A stretch of DNA of 64,000 nt from positions 832,001-896,000 of the forward strand of contig CP051526.1 of assembly GCA_050916045.1 (NCBI GenBank), written 5' to 3'. This DNA is from Tepidisphaera sp. Lineage in GTDB: Bacteria > Planctomycetota > Phycisphaerae > Phycisphaerales > UBA1924. The notes below the pieces were generated by a model. The model did not search any database. It was not told the origin of the DNA and saw only the letters and a list, made by a program, of their open reading frames with translations. The translations under genes and the position numbers were made by a program. Shown piece by piece: positions 28,750-38,000 of this stretch; the stretch's first letter is position 1; each line of letters opens with the position of its first letter.

Positions 28750-29170
28750 AACGAGAACCTCCCTCTCAAGGTCGATGACGAAACAAATTGGTCCCTCTTA
28801 ACAGGCCACACGATTCCCGTTCGTGCCAGTCAAGTTCAGAATTTTTCTGCAAAAAAGCATGTTTCCGGGCGCTTTCGCAGGCCCATTTCGAGCCTCTTCC
28901 TAGCAAAATCCGCCCCCGTAATCCCCCCTGAATTTCGCCAGCACCGGATTCAGTCCCGCCAGGCAAATCGGTACCTAAAGAGGTGATCAAAATTCCATTT
29001 CAGGAGTCCGTTCGAACGCCTGGCTCGGTCAGCCCGCCGACCGGCCAGGTTGCCGTCAGCTTGGTGAGTTCCCACAGAAGTTCCCCAGCCGAAGGTTTGT
29101 GGACCTTCTTGGTGCGCCGGCGGGTATGCTGCAGCTCGCCGTTTTTGCGCGGCACCCGGAGCCGACCCTT

Positions 29171-31471
29171 ATGTCGATGCGTCGCGACCTCTTCCTTCTT
29201 GCGTTCCTGCTCGCCGGCTCCCAGGGAGCCCAGCTCTCCGCCCAGACCCCGCCCGGCTTCTACGCCGGGCAGATGGTCGTGCGGGCCAACGTCACGGATG
29301 CACGCCAACTCATGCAGGTCTCCGGCTTGACCGAGTCCTTCTGGTCCCACCGAATCGGGCTGGGTGAGCTCGACCTCCAGGTGACCGCCGAAGCCCAGCG
29401 GGCACTCGTCGAGCTCGGCATCCAGCACCAGATCCTGATTCCCGACCTCCAAAAGCTCGTCGACGACGAACGCCGGCAGATCGAACAAGCCGCTTCCCGC
29501 GAGGACGCCCAGTGGTACGAAACCTACCGCCCGCTCGCGGAGATCAACGCCTACGGCCTCGGCCTAGTGAACGCCCATCCGACCCTCGCCACCCGTCAGC
29601 AGGTCGGCACCAGCCTTGAAGGACGCCCCATCTGGGCGCTCCGGCTCTCAAGCCCGGATCTCCCCGGCAATCCGCGATCCACGCGGCCCCAGCTCGTCTT
29701 CAACGCCTGTCAGCACGCTCGCGAATGGGTCACGCCGCCGACCGCTCTCTATCTCGCCGAGCGCCTGCTCGCCGATCACGCGACGGATGCGCGGGTTCGC
29801 GCGCTCATGAACTGGGCGGAGATCGTCGTCATCCCCATGAGCAACCCGGACGGGTACGAGTACACATGGACGAGCGAGCGGTTCTGGCGGAAAAACCGCC
29901 GCAACAACGGCGACGGCTCCTTCGGCGTCGACCTCAACCGCAACTGGGCCGTCGGCTTTGGCGGAAACGATGGCTCAAGCCCCAACCCGTCCAACGACAC
30001 GTACCGCGGCCCTGCGGCTTTCTCAGAGCCTGAGACCGTCGCGCTCCGCGACTACATCCTCTCCCTCGGCCGGGTGAAGGGCACGATGGACATCCATTCG
30101 TACTCGCAGATCATCCTTTCGCCGTGGGGATACACCACCACGCCCCCGTCCGACGCGGCGGCTTTCAACCAGCTCAACTCCCTGCTTGTGGACGCCGTTG
30201 CGGGGCCTTTCGGAAGCTCGTACGAAGCTGGCCAGACCTCGACGATTCTCTACATCGCTTCGGGCACCGCGAGCGACTGGTCGTACGGAACGCTCGACGC
30301 CTTCGGCTACGGTTTGGAGTGCCGCGATACGGGGCAGTTCGGCTTTGCGCTCCCCGCGAATCAGATCCTCGCCAACGCGCAGGAGAACTACCAGCTCGCG
30401 CTGACCTTCGCCGAGTACATCGTGTCGCCGCTCCGGTTCGCGTTCCCTGCGGGCCAGCCCGATTCGCTGACGGTCGATGTTCCCTTCACCCTCGACGTCT
30501 CGATCAACGACGGGCTTCAGGCGCTGAACGCTTCGACGGCGCGGGTGCTTTGGCGCAACTCGCCGAGCGGCTCGTTCACCGCCGCTCCGCTGACGCTCGT
30601 GTCCGGCCGCACGTTCCGTGCTTCGCTCCCCGGACAGCCGTGCGGCCGCACGTTCGAGTATCACGTCGAGGCGCGAACCACGACGAATAGCCTCGTCACC
30701 TGGCCGGCCGACGCTCCGGCCCGCCTGTACTCGGCGCCCGTCAACGGCGTGCCGGTCCCTTCCTGGATCGACGCGGCCGAGTCCGCGGCGGGCTGGACCG
30801 TTGGTGCCGCCGGGGACAACGCGACGACGGGCGTGTGGACCAACGGCGTTCCCCAAGCGACCGCGGCACAGCCCGGCTCGGACCGCTCGCCCGCCGGAAC
30901 TCGCTGCTGGATCACGGACGAACGAGCGGGCGCCGGTGTGGGGACCTACGACGTCGATGGCGGTTCGACGACGCTCACTTCTCCGAGATTCTCCGCGGTT
31001 GCGACGCCCGGCGACGCGACCGTCTCGTACTGGCGCTGGTATTCCAACAACCAGGGCGCCAACCCGGCGACCAACTCGATGCCCATCAGCATCTCAAACG
31101 ACGACGGTGCGACGTGGACCGTCCTCGAAACGGTCACCGAGAACGCCGGAGCGTGGACCTTCCGCTCCTTCCGCGTCGCCGATTTTGTGACGGCCACGGC
31201 AGCCATGCGGCTCAGGTTCGTCGCCAGGGACCTGACGGGCGCGGTCGTGGAAGCCGGCATCGATGACCTTCGCTGCGACATCGCGGGATGCAGCGGCGAT
31301 CCGGCCGACTTCAACGGCGACGGCTTCCTCGATTTCTTCGACTACGACGCGTACGTGCTCTGTTTTGAGACCGGAGAATGCCCGAGCGACCGCACCGCCG
31401 ACTTCAATAGCGATGGGTTCGTCGACTTCTTCGACTACGACGCGTTCGTCGCCGCTTTCGAAGGCGGCTGA
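29171..31471 (+). CDS. Secreted M14 zinc carboxypeptidase with a C-terminal dockerin-like module
   Basis: NACQHAREW, NPDGY, WRKNRR, GVDLNRNW, DIHSYSQ, LECRD; C-terminal 2x DFNxDGFxDFFDYDA. Confidence 0.9.
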   Translation: MSMRRDLFLLAFLLAGSQGAQLSAQTPPGFYAGQMVVRANVTDARQLMQVSGLTESFWSHRIGLGELDLQVTAEAQRALVELGIQHQILIPDLQKLVDDERRQIEQAASREDAQWYETYRPLAEINAYGLGLVNAHPTLATRQQVGTSLEGRPIWALRLSSPDLPGNPRSTRPQLVFNACQHAREWVTPPTALYLAERLLADHATDARVRALMNWAEIVVIPMSNPDGYEYTWTSERFWRKNRRNNGDGSFGVDLNRNWAVGFGGNDGSSPNPSNDTYRGPAAFSEPETVALRDYILSLGRVKGTMDIHSYSQIILSPWGYTTTPPSDAAAFNQLNSLLVDAVAGPFGSSYEAGQTSTILYIASGTASDWSYGTLDAFGYGLECRDTGQFGFALPANQILANAQENYQLALTFAEYIVSPLRFAFPAGQPDSLTVDVPFTLDVSINDGLQALNASTARVLWRNSPSGSFTAAPLTLVSGRTFRASLPGQPCGRTFEYHVEARTTTNSLVTWPADAPARLYSAPVNGVPVPSWIDAAESAAGWTVGAAGDNATTGVWTNGVPQATAAQPGSDRSPAGTRCWITDERAGAGVGTYDVDGGSTTLTSPRFSAVATPGDATVSYWRWYSNNQGANPATNSMPISISNDDGATWTVLETVTENAGAWTFRSFRVADFVTATAAMRLRFVARDLTGAVVEAGIDDLRCDIAGCSGDPADFNGDGFLDFFDYDAYVLCFETGECPSDRTADFNSDGFVDFFDYDAFVAAFEGG

Positions 31472-31510
31472 TCGAGCAGATCCGTCATTCTCGCCCGTCC
31501 ACCGCGCCGC

Positions 31511-31807
31511 TCAGCGGCAGCCGTGCGTGTACGAATGCGAGTGCGAGTAGCTGTTCGAGCGGCGATCGTTCTGATCGCCGACGAAAAGCCCCGTGATCGC
31601 GCCGATGATCGCGCCCGCCGCGGCACCCTTGCCCATGTTGCCCGAAAGCGAGCCCAAGCCCATGCCGGCCAGCGCGCCCAGCGCACCACCGGACACCGCG
31701 CCCTGACCCGCCGTCTCGCAGCCTGAACTCCCCGCGAGCAACGACCCCATCACCACCGCCGCCACACCGACCCGAGCGGCCCGACCTCGAACACGCGACT
31801 GTGCCAT
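31511..31807 (-). CDS. Glycine-zipper domain lipoprotein
   Basis: SSGC lipobox-like site, GAVSGGALGALAGMGLG...GAAAGAIIGAITG; GAGGAG RBS. Confidence 0.8.
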   Translation of the reverse strand: MAQSRVRGRAARVGVAAVVMGSLLAGSSGCETAGQGAVSGGALGALAGMGLGSLSGNMGKGAAAGAIIGAITGLFVGDQNDRRSNSYSHSHSYTHGCR

Positions 31808-32009
31808 GGTCCGACTCCTCATCCCGCGAAAGCCCCGCACGAGGGCTCCTCGGTTAGTACATACTACGCCCGATCCTTCATCGGGTTCCAGATTCCGCGG
31901 CTTCACCGCAAAGCCCGAAAACTCCCGACTTTGTGGAGGGACCTCCGGAACCAGGCGGACCGGCTTGCAGGGCCTTCGGCCGTGGGGCTACAGGAAGGTG
32001 GGCGTCAAA

Positions 32010-32729
32010 CTAGTTCCAGCTGCATCCCTTGGGGGGTGGGTCGGCACGCTGCAGTTCGGCCCGTTGGATCAGCCGCTCGAGTTTGGCAAGCTCCTCATTG
32101 AGGATGCCCGCACGCACCTCGGGGCTTCCTTCTTCCAGGAGCCTGTACCGGAGCTTTCCGTCCTCGATCACGGCCGCGGTCAGGAGTTCCATGAGCGCGG
32201 TCGTGGGAACGGCCGGATTTCTGGTGAACTTCAGGATGCTCTGCGCATCGCGGAGGTGGCGAAGGGGCCCCTCGGCAAGCGACGCTTGCACGTGCGCTCG
32301 AAGCGGCGTCAGGCGGGCTTCGATCTCGCCCGCGTCGTCGGGGGAAATCCCGACGGGTTCGAGGATCGCTTCGCGGAAGAGATGGTCATCCTGAGGCGGG
32401 ATTTCCCGAGCGATTTTCGCGCGGCAGATGCCCTGCACGAGGATGTTGTACCGGCCGTCTTCGAGTTTTTCGTGTCGGGCGATCTGGCCGACGCAAACTG
32501 CGGGCATCACCGGGGGCCGGCCGTGGTACTCCTGCCTCCACCGCGACCCGCGGAAGACGGCCATGGCGAACTGCCCCGCGCCGTCGAGGGCGAGGTCGAT
32601 CATCTGCCGGTACCGGGGCTCAAAGATGTGAAGGGGGAGGAGCTGCTGGGGCATGAGAGCCACCCGTTCCAAGGGGAACAAGGCGATCGGACGCCCGAAG
32701 TGCACCGAGATGGTCTCGCCACCCGACAT
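32010..32729 (-). CDS. LON peptidase substrate-binding domain protein (stand-alone)
   Basis: IALFPL...LPLHIFEPRYRQMI, VGQIARHEKLEDGRYNILVQGICR. Confidence 0.88.
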   Translation of the reverse strand: MSGGETISVHFGRPIALFPLERVALMPQQLLPLHIFEPRYRQMIDLALDGAGQFAMAVFRGSRWRQEYHGRPPVMPAVCVGQIARHEKLEDGRYNILVQGICRAKIAREIPPQDDHLFREAILEPVGISPDDAGEIEARLTPLRAHVQASLAEGPLRHLRDAQSILKFTRNPAVPTTALMELLTAAVIEDGKLRYRLLEEGSPEVRAGILNEELAKLERLIQRAELQRADPPPKGCSWN

Positions 32730-32885
32730 ACCGCCCATCCTAACCGCCAATGGGTCACTTGACCAACTCCCAAGGGGGCCGAAACGGGGCCGGAAACGGT
32801 CCGAAAAGCCGGTGCGTGGGCGGTGCATAAGCCAAGCCGGGACAGGTACTTAAGAAAAATCAGGAAAGATCTGCCGAATTCCACC

Positions 32886-32922
32886 AACTTTCGGTTGCAG
32901 GGCCGCGGTTTTGGAGTACACT
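32886..32922 (+). promoter_or_regulatory. Putative sigma70-type promoter of PEP-CTERM paralog 2
   Basis: AACTTT..GG TTGCAG-N16-TACACT; same architecture at 33775-33812. Confidence 0.6.
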
Positions 32923-33023
32923 GCGGTCGTCATAGGAGAGACTGTGGCATTGGGCTGTTTCCGCCAGCCCAGTGCCGATCTGGTTGTGTACTGCTCGAAA
33001 GAGCAGAGAGAGGGAGACAAGAG

Positions 33024-33683
33024 ATGAAAACCGTGATTGGTGCGATCGGGGCCGCGATGGCCTTGTCCGGCTCGGCGTTTGCCTTCGTTCCGTGGTCGAA
33101 TACCAACGGGACGGCGGCTTTCTTCAATTGGTCTGGTGGTGGCTCGGACACCGGCCTGTTCGGCAGCCCCGTGCTCGTGGGTGGCGACACCTTCGTGTTC
33201 TTCCCCTCGGGTTTCCGGGCGGAATCGAACAACGGCGTGGCTGGGACGGCCTACGACCGCCTCGAAGTTCAGGTTGATGCGCACGCTGGCTTCTCGTTCT
33301 CCGACATCCGGATCACCGAATACGGGGATTACGGGATCATCGGTTCGGGCGAGGTGTCGGTCGGCGGCACGCTCTTCGTGACCGACCTGACGACGTTCAA
33401 CGTCTACACGGACAACCTGCTCTCCAACCCGGGCTCGCCGATCACGTCGGGCATCGGTAACTGGAGCGCGACGGCTGGCGTGAACGTGGGCGCCGCGAAC
33501 GCGACGAGCCTGCGGATCGTCCTGAACAACAACCTGTTCGCGATCACGGACGGTTCGTCCGTGGCTTGGATTGAGAAGAAAGTGTTCGGCCACGCGGTCG
33601 GCATTCAGATCATCCCGACCCCCGGGACGATCGCGATCGCCGGTCTGGGTGCTTTGGCGATGGGTCGCCGTCGTCGGGGCTGA
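33024..33683 (+). CDS. PEP-CTERM (PTP variant) surface protein, paralog 2
   Basis: Signal peptide ending SAFA; C-terminus IPTPGTIAIAGLGALAMGRRRRG. Confidence 0.9.
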   Translation: MKTVIGAIGAAMALSGSAFAFVPWSNTNGTAAFFNWSGGGSDTGLFGSPVLVGGDTFVFFPSGFRAESNNGVAGTAYDRLEVQVDAHAGFSFSDIRITEYGDYGIIGSGEVSVGGTLFVTDLTTFNVYTDNLLSNPGSPITSGIGNWSATAGVNVGAANATSLRIVLNNNLFAITDGSSVAWIEKKVFGHAVGIQIIPTPGTIAIAGLGALAMGRRRRG

Positions 33684-33774
33684 GACGGGCTCGTCGAGAA
33701 GGTGTGATTGGGCTCTGGACGGTAAACAGGTCTCGAAACCACGTGTGGCATCACAAAAGTTTTCGAAAATCGGG

Positions 33775-33812
33775 AACTTTTGGGTTGTAGTGGCGAAGGA
33801 TCTGAGTACACT
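33775..33812 (+). promoter_or_regulatory. Putative sigma70-type promoter of PEP-CTERM paralog 3
   Basis: AACTTTT.GG TTGTAG-N16-TACACT. Confidence 0.6.
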
Positions 33813-33908
33813 CAGGGTGAGGAAGAGCGGTTCTGCTCGGTTCGGGCTATCCTGCTCGCGCCTGGTGGGCTGAAAGAGTTGTTCCAGAGATCGAAGGAGA
33901 GGATGAAT

Positions 33909-34565
33909 ATGCAGAAGATGAACTTTGTGATTGCGGGCTTGGGTCTGCTGGCTGCGGCCGGCTCGGCCCACGCGTTTGTGCCGTGGGCGAACCCCAACGG
34001 CGTCGGCGCGTTCTTCACGTGGTCGGGTGGCGGTTCGGACAACGGGCTCTTCGGCAGCCCGCTGCTCACGAACGGCGGGCAGAGCTTCGTGTTCTTCCCG
34101 TCCAACTTCCGCGCTCAGTCGGCCAACGGCGGCGCCGCTCAGGTGAGCGATCGCCTCGAGGTCACGCTCGAAGCCTTCCAGGGCTTCTCGTTCGACCAGA
34201 TCCACATCCAGGAGTTCGGTGACTACGGCATCGTCAACGGTGGCCGCGTGGTTGCGAACATGGGTCTCTTCGTCACCGACCTGAACACGTTCCGGGTCGC
34301 GACGGACAACGAGTCGTTCGACACCAGCACGAACGCTCTCGCCAACTGGAACCTCCAGGCCTCGACGCTCCTGTCGTCCTGGATTCCCCCGGCGAACAAG
34401 ATCCAGATCGTCCTCAACAACAACCTGATCGCCATCAGCAACGGTCAGGGCTCGGTCGCCTTCATCGAGAAGAAGGTCGCCGGCATCATCATCACGGTCC
34501 CGACCCCCGGCTCGCTCGCCCTCATGGGCCTCGGTGGTCTGGTCGCGATGCGTCGCCGCCGCTAA
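33909..34565 (+). CDS. PEP-CTERM (PTP variant) surface protein, paralog 3
   Basis: Signal peptide ending SAHA; C-terminus VPTPGSLALMGLGGLVAMRRRR; AAGGAGAGG RBS (start 33903 or 33909). Confidence 0.9.
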   Translation: MQKMNFVIAGLGLLAAAGSAHAFVPWANPNGVGAFFTWSGGGSDNGLFGSPLLTNGGQSFVFFPSNFRAQSANGGAAQVSDRLEVTLEAFQGFSFDQIHIQEFGDYGIVNGGRVVANMGLFVTDLNTFRVATDNESFDTSTNALANWNLQASTLLSSWIPPANKIQIVLNNNLIAISNGQGSVAFIEKKVAGIIITVPTPGSLALMGLGGLVAMRRRR

Positions 34566-34593
34566 GCCGGTCGACGATCCGTCAAGATTCTCA

Positions 34594-34630
34594 AACATCG
34601 CCGCGACTCTGTCGCGGCGATGTTCTTTTT
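34594..34630 (+). terminator. Rho-independent terminator
   Basis: aacatcgccgcgac-tct-gtcgcggcgatgtt followed by cttttt. Confidence 0.85.
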
Positions 34631-34751
34631 CCGCCTTGCGTTTTCTGGTCGGTGCTCCAACGTCAAAGCCTGCGCGCGGAGCTTCGCGACTCGCGGGCCG
34701 AGCGTCACGCTCGTCACGGATTCAGCTGCGAATCAAGCGTGCGGCGGTTGA

Positions 34752-35801
34752 TCAGCGGAGAGCGGGGACCGCGCCCATCGCGGCGGCGACCCGGTCGATC
34801 GCGGCTTGGATCATGTCCGTGCTGACGTCGAGGTGGCAGACGGCGCGGATGCGGCGCGGGCCGTTGGGAAGCACGCGGACGCCGGTGTTCTCAAGCTTCT
34901 TGCAGAGCTCCGGAGCGGTCATCCCCGTCGAGGCTTCGAGATCGAAGAAGACCATGTTCGTCTGCACGGCGTGGAGGTCGACGATGAGCCCGGGGATGCG
35001 AGCGAGGCCCTCGGCCAAGCGGCGGGCGTTGTGGTGATCTTCGATCAGCCGGTCGCGGTGATGGTCGAGCGCGAACTGTGCCGCGGCGGCGAGAATGCCT
35101 GATTGACGCATCGCGCCGCCGAACATCTTGCGGAAGCGGTGCACGCGGAAGATCGTGGCTTCGCTTCCGGCGACGGCGGATCCTGCGGGAGCGCCCAGAC
35201 CCTTCGAAAAGCAGCAGGAAATCGTGTCGAAATGCGAGGCGTATTCCGCCGGCGAGACTCCCGTGGCGGCGCAGGCGTTCCACAACCGAGCCCCGTCGAG
35301 GTGGCAGAGCAGGCCGAGCTCGCGAGCTCGCGTGGTGACGCGTTTGATCTGCTCGAGGGGCCAGATCGTCCCGCCGCCGCGGTTGTGGGTGTTCTCGATG
35401 ACCAGGAGCCTGCTTCGCGCGAAGTGGGCGGAGTGCGGCCGGACGGCTTCCTCAAGCTGTTCGACGTCGAAGAGGCCGCCGGGGCCTGCGAGGCCTCGGA
35501 TCATGACGCCTGAGAGCGCGGCGGGGGCGCCGGTCTCGTAGTGGATGATGTGGCTTCCTTCGTGGCAGATGACCTCATCGCCGGGCTCGGTCTGGGCGCG
35601 GATGGCGGTCTGGTTGGCCATGGAGCCCGAGGGGACGAAGCACGAAGCGGGCTTGCCGAGGAGTCGCGCGAAGGTCTCCTGCAGGCGAATGACGGTCGGG
35701 TCGTCGCCGAGCACGTCGTCGCCCACGACGGCTTCCGCGATGACGCGGCGCATGGCGGCGGTGGGCTTGGTCACGGTGTCGCTTCGGAGGTCGATGAGCA
35801 T
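34752..35801 (-). CDS. ltaE: Low-specificity L-threonine aldolase
   Basis: IDLRSDTVTKPT, VGDDVLGDDPT, ENTHNRGGG, HLDGARLWNA, CFSKGLGAPAGS, GGAMRQSG. Confidence 0.93.
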   Translation of the reverse strand: MLIDLRSDTVTKPTAAMRRVIAEAVVGDDVLGDDPTVIRLQETFARLLGKPASCFVPSGSMANQTAIRAQTEPGDEVICHEGSHIIHYETGAPAALSGVMIRGLAGPGGLFDVEQLEEAVRPHSAHFARSRLLVIENTHNRGGGTIWPLEQIKRVTTRARELGLLCHLDGARLWNACAATGVSPAEYASHFDTISCCFSKGLGAPAGSAVAGSEATIFRVHRFRKMFGGAMRQSGILAAAAQFALDHHRDRLIEDHHNARRLAEGLARIPGLIVDLHAVQTNMVFFDLEASTGMTAPELCKKLENTGVRVLPNGPRRIRAVCHLDVSTDMIQAAIDRVAAAMGAVPALR

Positions 35802-36027
35802 GGACAGATGTTATACGAACTGGCCGCGCGGATCATGCCCCGTTCGGGCGGGTGACGGATGTTCGGGAGAGCCCGAAAGCCCGTTCGGTATTGGCGGCGG
35901 CGTGTCGCCGGATTGCCTGTCACCGTGCCTGTCACCTTGGCTGCCGCGGCAGCAAACGCGAGACGAAAACGACAGGCGAGTGAGCGTGGGAGAGCCTGAA
36001 ATTGCCCAAGGGCCCGGCGAATGAGCT

Positions 36028-36043
36028 TGGCACGCGGGTTGCC
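36028..36043 (+). promoter_or_regulatory. Sigma54 (-24/-12) promoter of hsp20
   Basis: TGGCAC-GCGGG-TTGC, exact RpoN spacing, about 80 nt upstream of ATG. Confidence 0.75.
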
Positions 36044-36122
36044 GTTCTTCCTGGTGCCCGCGAGAAGCGGAACGCCGCGGGGTGCGGCGAACCGCTGGGT
36101 GCGGTGAAGAAGGAGAAATGGC

Positions 36123-36557
36123 ATGAACAACCTCGGCAAGTACGAATCTCGACCGACTCTGATTCCCATCTCGAAGTTCCTCGAGTCCGTGTTCTCGGAT
36201 CCGTTCTTCACGGTCTCGGCCAACGGCGTCGACGAGGGAGCTCTCGCGCTGGACATCTCGGAGGATTCCAAGCACGTGATCGTTCGCGCGAGCCTGCCCG
36301 GGTTCACGAAGGAGAACATCGAGGCGGAGGTGCATGACGGCGTGCTGACGATCAAAGCGACGCAGTCCGAACAGAGCGAGGAGAAGAGCGAACGCTTCTA
36401 TCGCAAAGAGCGACGGTTCGGCTCGGTCTCGCGGCGCGTGGCGCTGCCGTGCGCGGTGACGGAAGCCGAAGCCAAAGCCGAGTTCATCAACGGCGTGCTC
36501 ACCCTGCGGCTTCCCAAGAGCGTCAAGGACGCGCCTCGGAAGGTCGCGATCAACTAA
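36123..36557 (+). CDS. Small heat-shock protein, Hsp20/alpha-crystallin family
   Basis: LDISED...ASLPGFTKENIEAEVHDGVLTI, ERRFGSVSRRVALP, AEFINGVLTLRLPK, C-terminal VAI; AAGGAG RBS. Confidence 0.93.
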   Translation: MNNLGKYESRPTLIPISKFLESVFSDPFFTVSANGVDEGALALDISEDSKHVIVRASLPGFTKENIEAEVHDGVLTIKATQSEQSEEKSERFYRKERRFGSVSRRVALPCAVTEAEAKAEFINGVLTLRLPKSVKDAPRKVAIN

Positions 36558-36607
36558 GACGCGTTTCCCGTCTCCGGGGCGTCGCCGCAACGCGGCGGCT
36601 CCTACGT

Positions 36608-36645
36608 GCCGGCCGAGTGTCAAACACTCGGCCGGCCTCGTTTTT
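36608..36645 (+). terminator. Terminator hairpin after hsp20
   Basis: gccggccgagtgt-caa-acactcggccggc followed by ctcgttttt. Confidence 0.75.
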
Positions 36646-38000
36646 CAGGCGGATCGCCGGACCTCTCGCATCGACGTTCCCATCGAGCGGTTCAGCCAGA
36701 CGAACCCGGCGCAGCCCAGGGCGCTTATGACGATGCTGGAGCACAGCACGATCGCGCCCGGCTCGAGCCCGGTGAGCGGGACGCCGTCCTGGTCACAGAG
36801 CGCGTTGTAGAAGTGCACCGCGACAAGCGGCGCGAGCAGCCCGCGGACGCCGTTGAGGGTCACGTGCGTCGCCATGTAGTGGGAGGTCTGCGAGGGCGGG
36901 GCAAAGTCCACGTGGCCGAGGTTCCATGCGAGCGACCCGCCGCCGACCGCGATCCCCAGCACCGCCGAGCCCGCGTAGAGATACGGCAGCGAGTGCCACG
37001 CCATCCCCATCGCGAGCAGGATCGACGCGATGATGAACGTCCAGCCGTGGATCGCGCGGAACCGCACGACGTGCGAGCGGTTGAGAATCCGGGCCCAGAA
37101 CGGCACCGTGATGGGCATCAGCAGGTACGGGATCGTCGTCGTGATCGCGATGCTCGTCGCGTACGCCCGGTCGCCAAGGTCCATCCGCGACGCCATGAAG
37201 ATCACGAGCACCGGCGCGATCATCAGGTTCCCGAACCCAAGCAGGAACATGAAGAGCATGAACTGGGCGAACCGGGGGTCCTTGCGGAGCACCATGAGCG
37301 TCGACGCGAACCCCATCCACGGACGCATGACGCCCGCCGCGGGGGCCGTCGCCCGCTCCGCCGCCAACAGAGCCCGCTCGCCCCGCACCCGCAGCTTGCC
37401 GTAGAAGATCAGCCCGATGAAGGCCACCGCGGCCAGCGAGGGGGCGATCCAGTGGTAGCTTTCCAGGTCGTGGTCCATCGCCGCGCCGATGCCAAGCCCG
37501 AGCACCGCCATCGACACCTGCGTGATGATCGAAAGCCTGCCGACCAGCGTCGCGCGGAAGTGGGGGGGATAGTTCGCCCGCCACACCGCCGTCCGAAGCG
37601 TCACGATCCCCGACCAGAAAATCCGGGCCAGAAGCACCAGAGCCAGCGTGCCCCACAAGCCCGCCGGCGAGACGGGCATAAGCGCGATCGCCGCGACGGC
37701 GAGCACCAGCCCGAGTTGCAAGCCGTTGATGAACCGGATCTTCGGCTTGGCGTGGCTTGCCGCGATCCAGCCGAAAGAGATGAGGTTTGCGATCTCTCCC
37801 GCGCCGGCGGCGAGCGCGACGGCGAGGTTGTGCCAGCGCTCGCCCGCTTGTCCGGCGAAGGTCTGCTTGAGCAGAGCGGCGATCGTGCCACCCTCGATGA
37901 ACGCGAGGGCGGCGGAGAGAAAGAGCATCGTCGCCGCTTCGTAGAGAAACGAACGCCTGGAGAGTCGGGAAAGGTAGTTGGACGCGGGGTCGACGCTCAC
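36645..38000 (-). CDS. MFS transporter
   Basis: About 12 hydrophobic segments in a 6+6 arrangement; YPPHFRATLVGR; GVRGLLAPL. Confidence 0.8.
   Translation of the reverse strand: MSVDPASNYLSRLSRRSFLYEAATMLFLSAALAFIEGGTIAALLKQTFAGQAGERWHNLAVALAAGAGEIANLISFGWIAASHAKPKIRFINGLQLGLVLAVAAIALMPVSPAGLWGTLALVLLARIFWSGIVTLRTAVWRANYPPHFRATLVGRLSIITQVSMAVLGLGIGAAMDHDLESYHWIAPSLAAVAFIGLIFYGKLRVRGERALLAAERATAPAAGVMRPWMGFASTLMVLRKDPRFAQFMLFMFLLGFGNLMIAPVLVIFMASRMDLGDRAYATSIAITTTIPYLLMPITVPFWARILNRSHVVRFRAIHGWTFIIASILLAMGMAWHSLPYLYAGSAVLGIAVGGGSLAWNLGHVDFAPPSQTSHYMATHVTLNGVRGLLAPLVAVHFYNALCDQDGVPLTGLEPGAIVLCSSIVISALGCAGFVWLNRSMGTSMREVRRSA

Noticed and set aside
28812..28830. Sigma54 promoter for PEP-CTERM paralog 1 (TGGCACG on the minus strand)
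   Set aside because: The -12 element is GGAAT rather than TTGC
31466..31520. TGA at the position of the terminal Cys of the dockerin-like module read as selenocysteine
   Set aside because: No stop immediately after and no evident SECIS; the partner Cys is also lost, which fits simple paired loss
35790..35822. dif-like site (AGTTCGTATAA resembles an XerC arm)
   Set aside because: No XerD arm at 6-bp spacing; better explained as the -10 region of leaderless ltaE
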